DNA from: an uncultured bacterium | GTDB lineage: Bacteria; Chloroflexota; UBA5177; JANWHV01 | Assembly (NCBI GenBank): GCA_963729625.1 | Contig: CAVSOU010000015.1 | Location: forward strand, 38,375 to 102,374 | Length of the DNA: 64,000 nucleotides | Direction: 5' to 3' | In this document: one piece after another, positions 10,084 to 19,881 of the stretch | How the letters are laid out: each line of letters begins with the position of its first letter | Position numbering within the stretch: the stretch's first letter is position 1 | Translations under genes and position numbers: made by a program | The notes under the pieces: model-generated | The model's input: only the letters and a program-made list of their open reading frames with translations | Database searches by the model: none | What the model was told of the DNA's origin: nothing

Positions 10084-10204
10084 GCCTGCGGATAATTCCG
10101 GATGGAAGCGACGACGGGCCGGATAAATCCGGGCGCGGATGGCTTTCATCGCGGCCGGATCTATCCGGCGTGAACCCTGCCATCCGCTTTCAAGCGGAGG
10201 TTCC
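10084..10204. repeat. Cluster of REP-like palindromes (three CGGAT-nn-(A/T)TCCGG cores plus TCCGCT-TTCA-AGCGGA hairpin)
   Basis: GCGGATAATTCCGG, CCGGATAAATCCGG, GCCGGATCTATCCGGC; 10164-10204 is homologous (inverted) to 19827-19867. Confidence 0.6.
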
Positions 10205-10334
10205 TTGACTGTTTTCAGGTCCTGATCCGGTCACCGGCGTTACAAATCACGCCGATCGTACTCCGGTGGTCGGGGATCCAGGGGAGAAGGCGAGGCATGC
10301 ATCGCGCTCGCGACGGCAGGTTCAGGCGAACGAC

Positions 10335-10526
10335 TCATCCTTCAGGGCGAGAGACGATGCGCCCTGCTCGAACGTCTTCAAGTCGCGCCAGGCGATCTAT
10401 GCGGCTGCTCAGCAGGAGGTACCGGCCTTGGTCTACCCTGCGTGGCGGATCGATCTGACTAGGACGCTCGCTGTCCAGCAGCTCAGACGTCTCTTCGGCG
10501 CGGTAGTGCGCATACCAGCGCAACAT
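10335..10526 (-). CDS. Small hypothetical protein (63 aa)
   Basis: ATG 10526 after AGGAGG; directly downstream of the MFS gene; MLRWYAHYRAEETSELLDS... Confidence 0.45.
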   Translation of the reverse strand: MLRWYAHYRAEETSELLDSERPSQIDPPRRVDQGRYLLLSSRIDRLARLEDVRAGRIVSRPEG

Positions 10527-10610
10527 CGACCGCGCCTCCTGCCGGGCATCACCATGGACGGCAGGAGGAAAGCGGCCCGGGCGCCACACGCGCTCGATGA
10601 GAACGTCCCT

Positions 10611-11864
10611 CTACCATGTGTCCCGCTTGGCCGGCGCCCTCGCGATGAGCGCCAATAGCATGCTGCCCAGCGCGGTACAGCACGCCGCCAGGCCAAACGC
10701 CCAGGTCATGCCGGCGGTGGACAGCACGTAGGCACCGAGCAAGGGCGCACTTGCTATCGCGCAGTTGGCCACCATGCTGTAGATCGCCAGGTACTGCGTC
10801 TGCTGCCGCTCAGGAGTCACCTCCAGCAGGGACTGCAAGACCCCCATGCCAAGCACGGCGCCCAGGCCACCCTGCGCCAGGGCGACCGGAATATAGGCTA
10901 CCAGACTGGCGGCATGACTGGCACCGAGCGGCACCAGTGTAAACAGCGCACAGATTGCCACCAGCAGCGGCCGGCTGCCGAAGCGCGCGGTACCGCGCGC
11001 CCAGAGCAGTGACAGCAGCACCCCGCACACCCCACCTCCCGTGCCGAGCGCGCCGATCCAGGCATTCGGGGCGTGCAGCCGGTCGACCAGTACCAGCGGG
11101 TAGAGAGCTGCCGGCACGTAGATGCCCAGCAGCAGCACTACAGCGCCGGCAAGGAACCGCCAGAATGGCGCTCGCCAGGGCAACCGTCCCGCCGTTTCGG
11201 CCGTATCTCGGCGGGCGGCGCCCGGGGGCGGCACTTCGGCCGGGATGCCTTCATTGAGCGCGGGAATCTTCAGCCGGGATATCAGCCATGTGCTTACTTG
11301 CACACAGATGAACGCCACGCCGAAGACGACAGAGAAGTTCCCTGGAAACGGCATCAGCTCGAGCATCCAGCCGGCAACGAGCACGGCGAGCGTGCTTGTC
11401 AGACCCGCGAGGGTGCCACGAAGGCCAATCACCCGGCCACGGATGTCCTGCGGCAAGACCTTGGCAAAAAGCGGCACGAACGCGGTATTGAAATAGGCCA
11501 GGGCCACGGACAGCAACCCAACGGCGGACACCAACACCGCGACCCGCGCGTGGGCCGGCAATACGGGGACCAGTGCCACCACGGCGAAGAGCAGGCGATA
11601 GACAGCGAGCGGCACCACGATTACCGGTTTGCCCCAGTGGCGCTTGACCAACCGCGCAGCGGGCAGCGGGAAGATGATCCCGGCCAGGGCCGGGCCGGTG
11701 GTCAGCAGGCCGATTTCGGCCGGCGAGGCGCCAAGGCGCAGAGCGAAGATGGAAAGGAAACTGACAAACACGCCCCCTGCCGCGCCGGCCCATGCCACCT
11801 CAGCGCACAATAGCCGCGCGTTGTGACGCGTAGTCTCGTTGGCTGGCGCAGCCGCGTCTGACAT
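10611..11864 (-). CDS. MFS transporter
   Basis: About 12 hydrophobic segments; ALRLGASPAEIGLL, LPQDIRGRVIG, ARFGSRPLL loop motifs; RBS GGAG. Confidence 0.9.
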   Translation of the reverse strand: MSDAAAPANETTRHNARLLCAEVAWAGAAGGVFVSFLSIFALRLGASPAEIGLLTTGPALAGIIFPLPAARLVKRHWGKPVIVVPLAVYRLLFAVVALVPVLPAHARVAVLVSAVGLLSVALAYFNTAFVPLFAKVLPQDIRGRVIGLRGTLAGLTSTLAVLVAGWMLELMPFPGNFSVVFGVAFICVQVSTWLISRLKIPALNEGIPAEVPPPGAARRDTAETAGRLPWRAPFWRFLAGAVVLLLGIYVPAALYPLVLVDRLHAPNAWIGALGTGGGVCGVLLSLLWARGTARFGSRPLLVAICALFTLVPLGASHAASLVAYIPVALAQGGLGAVLGMGVLQSLLEVTPERQQTQYLAIYSMVANCAIASAPLLGAYVLSTAGMTWAFGLAACCTALGSMLLALIARAPAKRDTW

Positions 11865-12046
11865 GGGTCTCCAGCCCGTTGGAGGGCAACTGAACGTGCC
11901 AAGGTTCGCCCGAGAATGCGGGGCCTTCCGAGAAGCACTCCTGCGAGGTCGTGCTCGACAACTACTCGGTGCACTCCGGCGCAGTGACTAGCAGGGCAGA
12001 GCCAGGGCTGGCCACGGCAGGCGCCCCAGCTTGTTCCCGCCGCCGT

Positions 12047-12160
12047 ATCGAACGAGGCTTCGTCGTTACGCCTATCGTACAGCTTGGTAGTACGTGGTGA
12101 TCAGTCGCTTGCCAACGTATGCGCCAGCCTAATCCAGTGGCACCCTCGCTTTCCCACGCA
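12047..12160 (-). pseudogene. Decayed C-terminal fragment of a tyrosine recombinase/integrase
   Basis: Minus strand 12100-12047 reads SPRTTKLYDRRNDEASFD (cf. ..NHESPRTTKLYDR..DE..LD around the catalytic Tyr); in-frame stop just upstream. Confidence 0.6.
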
Positions 12161-12570
12161 TGCGCGCCTGCACTACGCGCGTTGCACCGGCCTTGCGAGC
12201 TGCGCCGACTCTTGCTCGAAGCGACACCGTGCCGCCAGTACCAGCCGCAACATCACACTGGCCAATGCCTTCGCCCTCAAACATGGCGGCAATGAACACC
12301 TTGTGCTCAGCAGTACGGCAGACGCAACGTTGCGCTCGTCTTGTCTCGGCGCGCCTTCTTGGGCGCCGTCAACGCCAGCGTACGGCAATACCAATGTTCA
12401 GAGGCGGCAGGACCATGCGACGGTTTGCACCGGCCTCGTCGGAGACACGGCCGGCAGAGCTCGTGAAAACAAACGGGCTGTACGGGAGGAGACGGCCAAG
12501 TATCATAGGAGCGAGTGACCAGTTCAATCCGGGAGCCGGAGCCCCGTTGAAGCGATGAGGGAGAGTGGCT

Positions 12571-14260
12571 GTGCAGCAGTGGTGGAAAAGCAGCGTCGTG
12601 TACCAGATCTATCCCGCGGAGCTTCAAGGACAGCAATGGCGACGGTATCGGCGATCTGCCCGGCATCACCGAAAAGCTGGACTACCTTCAGGATCTCGGG
12701 GTCGATGTCGTCTGGCTATCGCCGGTCTACAAATCGCCCAACGACGACAATGGCTACGACATCAGCGATTATCAGGCGATCATGGACGAGTTCGGGACCC
12801 TGGCCGACTGGGAGGAACTCATCGCCGGGATGCACGAGCGTGGTATCAAGCTGGTGATGGACCTCGTGGTCAACCATACCTCCGATGAGCATCCCTGGTT
12901 CGTCGAAGCGCGCAAGTCGAAGGACAATCCGTACCGCGACTACTATATCTGGCGCCCCGGTCGCAATGGGCGCGAGCCCAACAACTGGCGCTCCCACTTC
13001 GGCGGGTCAACGTGGGCCTACGACGAGAGGACCGGCGAGTATTATCTTCACCTCTTCTCCCGCAGGCAGCCGGACTTGAACTGGGAGAACCCGCGGGTGC
13101 GACAAGCGGTGTACACAATCATGCGCTGGTGGCTGCAGAAAGGCGTCGACGGCTTTCGCATGGACGTGATCACGATGCTTTCGAAGGTCCCGGGATTACC
13201 GGACGCACCGGTGGTCAACTCGGATCGCTATCAGCCGGCAGGCTCGTGCTACATCCACGGGCCCCGCCTCATGGAATTCCTTCACGAGATGAAGGAGGAA
13301 GCGCTTTCGCCATACGATACGCTGACTGTCGGCGAGGCAGCCGAGGCGACCACGGCGCAGGCGGTGGAGTTGACCAGTGCAGGGACTGGGCCGCTCAACA
13401 TGGTCTTCCACTTCGAGCACATGGGGCTCGACCGCGATGCCACGGGTCCGGCACCGTGGAGCTGGCGACACTGGGATCTGCTCGAGCTGAAGACGCGTGA
13501 TGACACGCTGGCAGGAGGATCTGTACGACAGGGGGTGGAACAGCCAATACCTGTCCAATCACGACCAGCCGCGCCAGGTCTCGCGATTTGGCGACGATGG
13601 CCGCTTTCGTGAGCCGTCAGCCAAGATGCTCGGCACGTTTCTGCACCTGCTGCAGGGCACACCGTACATCTATCAGGGCGAAGAGATCGGCATGACCAAT
13701 GTAGCGTTCCCTTCAATCGAGGATTATCGCGATATCGCGACCCGTAACGAGTATCGCGAGATGGTTGAAGATCAGGGGGCTGGATCGGCAGGCGGCCATG
13801 GATCTGGTGCATCGCCGAAGCCGGGACAACGCCCGCACGCCAATGCAGTGGGACGCCAGCGCGAACGCCGGCTTTACGACCGGCACGCCATGGATCGGGC
13901 TCAACCCGAATTACCGGGAGATCAATGTCGCGCAGGCCATCGCGGACCCCGACTCAATCTATCACTACTACCAGCAGCTGATTCGGCTTGCGCAAGAGCG
14001 ATCCGGTGATCGTGTCCGGCCGCTACCGCCTCATTCTCGCCGATGACACGGCGATCTATGCCTTCACCCGCACTCTCGACGACGACTGTCTGCTCGTGAT
14101 CCTGAACTTCACCGCCAGCACGCCGGTCTTCCTGCTTCCGCCGGACCTTCCGGCAGGCGGTGCGGAGCTGCTGATCTCCAACTATCCGGTTGCTCGTGAA
14201 ACGGACATTCAACGGCTGGGGCTTCGGCCTTATGAGGCTCGCGTCTATCGACTGCGGTAG
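12571..14260 (+). CDS. malL: Oligo-1,6-glucosidase / alpha-glucosidase GH13_31 (four apparent frameshifts)
   Basis: WWKSSVVYQIYP(RSF), DLVVNHTSDEHPWF, QPDLNWEN, GVDGFRMDVI, TVGE, YLSNHDQPR, YIYQGEEIGM, SRDNARTPMQW; +1 shifts near 12615, 13495, 13775, 13988. Confidence 0.92.
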
Positions 14261-14388
14261 CTGCGCGTCCAGGGCGGACTTGGACGTCCTCATACGACGC
14301 CGCCGGACCTCGTGGCCTTCACGAGGTTTCGAACCAGCCCGTACCGCGGACGCTTGCTCGAGAAGCGGGCGCCGCCGTACCCTGTAGG

Positions 14389-14824
14389 TCAGGCTACGAC
14401 CGCGAGCCGATCCAGGGCCTCACGCCACCGGCGCGATATCTCGGGAAGAATCGCGATTGCCATTTCCGGGTGCGACTCCAGCTCAACTCGGAAGTGCCAC
14501 TTGTACAGCGTCAGGCACACCGTATCTTCGAGCGCGACAACAGTTGCCGTGCGCGGGCGATCGTCCAGGAGAGCCATTTCGCCAAAGAATTGTCCCGCCA
14601 CGAGCTCGTCGAGCACGAGCGGCTCCCGGCCCAGTCGCTCTCGCCGCACCTCCACGCGCCCAGACACGATAATGCTCAGGTGGGTGCCCTCCTCACCCTG
14701 CCTGATGAATGACGTCCCCGGCCTGATACTGGCTCGTGCCAGTGCATTTCGCAAGGTAGCTGCGATGACTTTCGTTCAGGCTGCGGAAGAGATCAACCTC
14801 CGAGATCAACGCCATCACGTCCAC
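14389..14824 (-). CDS. Stand-alone cyclic nucleotide-binding domain protein (one frameshift near 14708)
   Basis: GTG 14824 after GGAAAGG; VDLFRSL..YQAGDV/IRQGEEG..IIVSGRVEV..GQFFGEMALLDDRPRTATV; no HTH. Confidence 0.88.
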
Positions 14825-15268
14825 GGGTATTGCCTTTCCATCCATTCCGCGCCTCGGTGGAGTTCACACCGGCAGCATCGTAAGGACGCCAACGCGCACG
14901 ACTGCCACCGACTGCGGCCTCCGGTGGCAGGCCGCGACAGCTCACTGATCAGTACGATACCTGTCGGCCGTCTTGAGCACAAATGCGACGCTGGAGTTGC
15001 ATCTGGTGTGCCTGCTTGGTGCCCGTATTTAGCGCCTTCTTATCGAAGCAGGTACAGTCTTAGTAGGACGCAGCGCGTCCGGCGGTGTCGGGGTCTACGA
15101 AGACATCGGACCTCCGGCTCCTCCACTGAGGATGCCGGTCGAGTCGTGTTTTGGGCGCGGGTTTCCATCGCTTTTGACGCTCGACAGGCTTCGGCACGAC
15201 AGCGGATGAGTGGCGCTGGACCCGGGTATTGGCTTCCGGAGTGCAGGCGTGGGTGCAGAGAGATCGTG

Positions 15269-15754
15269 ATGAATCAAAAGCGTGCGTGGGGTGTGTTCCG
15301 CGGACCCGGTCAGAAACCGATGAGCACCGAGACGCTGTTGTCTCAAGTCAGCCTGTTTCGGAGCCTTGACCAAAAGCAGCTCGCTCAGCTCGCCAAGCGC
15401 ATGGAGACGCGCCACTACGAAGAGGGCCAGGTAGTCCTGGCGGAAGATGAGCCGGGCGACGCACTGTATCTCGTCGTGTCCGGTCTGCTGCATCTCGAGA
15501 AGGCGCGACCGGGCCGGGAGCCAGTGCGCTTCGGTACGCTGGCGCCGGGCCAATTCTTCTGCGAGATGGCTCTGCTCGAGGACTCTCCACGCCTGGCCAC
15601 AATCAAGGCGGCCGAAGCCACTACCTGCCTGGCCCTGCGGAAAGATGCGTTTCAGGACGAGCTTGCAGCGCACCCGGCGATCGCCGTCGCGGTCGTCTTC
15701 GAGGTGTCGCGCCGCTTGCGTGACACTCTGGATGTGCTCGACGCCAACGGATAG
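15269..15754 (+). CDS. Stand-alone cyclic nucleotide-binding domain protein (alternative start 15320)
   Basis: VSLFRSLD..YEEGQVVLAEDEPGDALYLVVSG..GQFFCEMALLEDSPRLATIKA; no HTH. Confidence 0.88.
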   Translation: MNQKRAWGVFRGPGQKPMSTETLLSQVSLFRSLDQKQLAQLAKRMETRHYEEGQVVLAEDEPGDALYLVVSGLLHLEKARPGREPVRFGTLAPGQFFCEMALLEDSPRLATIKAAEATTCLALRKDAFQDELAAHPAIAVAVVFEVSRRLRDTLDVLDANG

Positions 15755-15866
15755 AAGCTGCCTTTTGTCGGCGCCGCCCTCCTGCGTCGTGCTGGCAGGT
15801 GGAGCGGCCTGCAGCGGGGCCCGGGTACCACGATGGTAGCTAACCCGAACGCTTAACAACACGGAT

Positions 15867-18800
15867 GTGCTGAGGGCGCTTGCCGCATTCATGCCAATCG
15901 ACCGGCGGCACGCACTGGCACGGGGTACGACGTTGCCCGCTCTTGCCACGGGCGCGGCGCTCTTTGCCGATATCTCCGGCTTCACTCCGTTGACCGAGTC
16001 CCTGCTGCGTGCGCTCGGGCCCCAGCGCGGCGCGGAGGAGCTTACTCACTTCCTGAACAGGGTCTACGATGCGCTCATCGCCGAACTGTATCACTACGGC
16101 GGCAGTGTGATCGGTTTCAGCGGCGACGCTATCACCTGCTGGCTCGACGGGGACGATGGTCGGCGAGCAGTCGCCTGCGGTCTGGCTATGCAACGCGCCA
16201 TGGCCCAGTTCGCCGCGACAGCAACGCCAAGCGGCGACTCGGTTTCCCTCGCGGTCAAGGTAGCGGCCGCCGCTGGCTCCGTCCGCAGGTTCGTGGTCGG
16301 AGATCCTGCCATCCAGCTTATTGACGTGGTGGCGGGACGGACTCTCGAACATCTCGCCGCGGCAGAGCACCTGGCGCAGAAGGGCGAAGTGGTCGTGCAT
16401 GATGCCACCGCGGCTGCGCTGGACGGTGTACTGCGTTCCGCGGAATGGAGAGCCGATGAAGCGCACGGTGATCGGGTCGCCGTCGTTGCATCGCTTACCG
16501 TCGCAGTGGACCAAAACCCGTGGCCGATCCTCCCGCCCGACGCCCTGCAAGAGGATATCGTCCGCCAGTGGGTGCTCCCGGCGGTGTACCAACGCGTGCG
16601 TACTGGCAGCGGCGAGTTTCTCGCCGAGCTGCGGCCCGCCGTCGCCCTGTTCCTGCGCTTTGGCGGCTTGGACTTCGAGCACGACGAGGCGGTGACCGGG
16701 AAGCTCGACGCCTATCTTCGCTGGGTACAGGGCATCCTCGCCCACTTCGAGGGCACACTGGTGCAGCTCACCATTGGCGATAAGGGGAGCTACCTGTACG
16801 CGGCATTTGGCGCGCCGATAGCACACGAGGACGACGCCGTACGCGCCGTCTCTGCCGCCTTCGCATTACGATCCCCGCCCGACACATTCGCCTACATAGG
16901 CGTGCCGCAGATCGGCATCAGCCGCGGGAGCATGCGCGCCGGCGCGTACGGCGCCCACGACGGCCGCACGTATGGCGTGCTTGGCGACGAGACGAACATG
17001 GCGGCGCGACTCATGCAAGCCGCACATCCCGGCCAGATTCTGGTCAGCGAAACCGCGCATCCGGCTGCTGCCGGTGTGGCGCAGTGGGAGCGCCTGCCAC
17101 CGATGCGCGTGAAAGGCAAGTCCAACCCGGTCACCGCCTACGCGGCCCTGGCCCCGATGGACCATCGAACCCTGCGGCTTCACGAACCCCGCTACACACT
17201 GCCCATGGTCGGCCGCGAGTCCGAGCTCGGAGTAATCGCGCAGCGGCTGGCACTGGCGCGCCGGGGCCGCGGTCAGGTTGTCGGTATTTCGGCAGAAGCG
17301 GGCATGGGCAAGTCCCGCCTCGTCGCGGAGGCTATTCGACTTGCGCAGGAGCAGGGCGTCGTCGCGTATGGAGGCGAGTGCCAGTCATACGGCAGTACCG
17401 CCAGCTACCTCGTCTGGCAGGACATTTGGCGCGGGCTCTTCGCGCTGGAGGAAGGTTGGACGGTCGAACAGCAGATCCAAACGCTGGAAACCACGCTGGC
17501 CCGTATCGATCCGGCGCTCGTGCCACGCGTGCCGCTGCTCGGCACCGTGCTCAACCTCTCCATCCCCGACACCGATCTCACCCGATCCTTCGACGCAAAA
17601 CTGCGCAAGAGCTCGCTGGAGGCCCTGCTGGTCGACTGCATGCGGGCACGGGCCGCGCAGGCCCCGCTGCTGCTCGTGCTTGAGGACTGCCACTGGATTG
17701 ATGCGCTGTCCGAGGATCTGGTGGAGGCGCTGGGCCGCGCCGCCGCAAACCTGCCGGTGCTGCTAGTCCAGTCATACCGGCCGCGCGACATCCGGAGCCT
17801 GTCCGGGCATCGCATGGAGGTGCTGAAGCACTTCACCGAGATCAAGCTCAGCTATTTCAGCGCGCAGGAGGCCGCGCAGTTGATCCAGCTGAAGCTCGAG
17901 CAGCTGAGCGGAGCGCGCTTGGGCGTGCCTGCGGAGGTGATCGAGCGCATCACGGCGCGTGCCGACGGCAACCCTTTCTACATCGAGGAGCTGATCAACT
18001 ACATCCGTGATCGCGACATCGATCCGCTGGATACGGCAGCGATGGCGCACATGGATCTGCCGACCAGCCTACACAGCTTGATCCTCAGCCGTATCGACCG
18101 GCTCGGCGAGCGAGAGAAGGTCGTGCTCAAGGTGGCGAGCGTCCTGGGCCGGCGCGTGCAGGCGGATTGGCTATCGGGGGCATACGGGCAACTTGGAGAT
18201 CTCCAGGGGTACGAGCCTGTCTCGATTCCCTCAGCACCGTCGATCTGCTGCCGCTGGATCAGCCGGAGCCGGACCTCGTGTACATCTTCAAGCACGTCGT
18301 TACCCAGGAAGTCGCATACCAGAGCCTGCCCTTCGCGCTGCGCGCCACCCTGCACGCGCAGTTGGGAGGTTTCATCGAGAATACCTATGGCGATACGCTC
18401 GACCAGTACGTCAGCCTGCTGGCCTTCCATTATGAGCGGACAGACGATGTGGCCAAGAAGTGCCATTACTTGATGCGAGCGGGCGAGCTAGCTCAGGCGG
18501 CCTATGCCAACGGTGCAGCCATCGACTACTACCTGCGGCTGCTCCCGTTGCTGTCCGGCGGGGCACGCGGGCCCGTCATGTTCAGGCTCGGCCAGGTGTT
18601 GGATCTCATGGGCGACTGGGGCAAGGCAGACGACCTGTATCGGCAAGCGCTTGACCTGGCCGTACAGCACGATGACCGGCATGGCCAGGCAGCCGGCCTG
18701 AGGGCACTGGGCTGGCTCAGAAGGAAACAGGGAGCATACGGCGATGCGGCATCTTACCTGGCCCAGGCGCGCGAGGCTTTCGAGCAAATGGACGATCTCG

Positions 18801-19771
18801 CGTCCGTGAGCCAGGTGATGACCGACACAGGCGAAGTCGCGCGGCAGTTGGGCGCCTTTGCCGAGGCCAGATCGTGGTATGAGCGAAGCCTCCGCCTTGC
18901 GGAATCCCTGGGCGAGCGTGAACAGTCTCTGCGGGCACAGGCGCAGGCACTGAAGGGCGCCGGGACACTGGCGAACCAGCAGGGCGATCGTTCGACGGCC
19001 CGCGCGCTGTACGAGCGGAGCCTGGAAATATACACGGAGGTTGGCGATCGGCCTGCGGTAGCGGTGCTCCTGAACAACGTGGGGGTCGCAATCCGTCACG
19101 CGGGAGAGTATGACGCTGCCCGAGCCATGACCGAAGAGAGCCTGGCCGTCTTCCGGGAGATCGGCGATCGCTGGTCCATGGGGCAACTGCTGAACAACCT
19201 GGGCTGCGTGGCTGGCGACATGGGAGACTATCCTGCCGCGCGGCGATTGCTGGAAGCGAGCCTCGACATCCGGCGCCAGATCGGAGATAGAAGCGGCCTG
19301 GCGCTCTCGCTCAACAGCCTTGGCGACGTGCTGTTGGACGAGGGCGACCACGCGGCAGCGCGTCCGGCCCTTGTCGAGAGCTTGCGGATCAACTGGGACC
19401 TGGGCGACCGGGCCGCTGTCGCCTATCTGCTCAATGACTTCGCGGCGCTGGCTGCCGCCGAAGGGCGGGTGGAGCGCGCTATCCAGCTGGCAGGCGCCGC
19501 GGTCGCGGCGCACGAGGCGACCGGCGCTGCGGTCTCACATGCCGAGCGAGAGCGGTTCGATCGATTGCTGCTGCCGGCTCGGCAGGCCCTGGCAGCGCCT
19601 CGTGTCGCGGCACTGGCTGCCGCGGGGCGCGCCCTGAAAATGGATGAGGCCGTGGCCTACGCGCTTGGAGTCGAGCCCGCCGACAAGCTCGGACCGAAAA
19701 GTGATGACGACGCTCCACACATTGACGAGCCTTCATTCGCGGTCAACCCGGGCGATCGGCGCGCAGTGTAG
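15867..19771 (+). CDS. sAC-like tandem class III adenylate/guanylate cyclase - AAA/STAND ATPase - TPR protein (frameshift near 18205)
   Basis: C1 FADISGFT and FSGDA; C2 GDKG, AFGAPIAHEDD, GDETNMAARLM; MVGRESEL, Walker A AEAGMGKSRL, Walker B LVLEDCHWID, GNPFYIEEL, YIFKH; GDR..LNNLG TPRs. Confidence 0.93.
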
Positions 19772-19826
19772 CACAAGCGGCTTGTCAGCCGCCCCACGAG
19801 TACGCCACAGGGTCCGTACCAATCAT

Positions 19827-19867
19827 GGAACCTCCGTGTGAACGCGGATGGCAGGATATTTGCCGGA
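19827..19867. repeat. Second copy of the REP-like intergenic element, between convergent genes
   Basis: 33/41 identical to the reverse complement of 10164-10204. Confidence 0.6.
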
Positions 19868-19881
19868 GGCAGTTCTTCACT

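Noticed and set aside
9645-10208. 187-aa plus-strand ORF
   Set aside because: No RBS or recognisable motif; overlaps the promoter/leader of the opposite gene and the palindrome cluster
14960-14990. Resemblance to 47856-47885 (GRLEH.C in translation)
   Set aside because: Short, about 70% identity in GC-rich DNA, no credible ORF; probably chance
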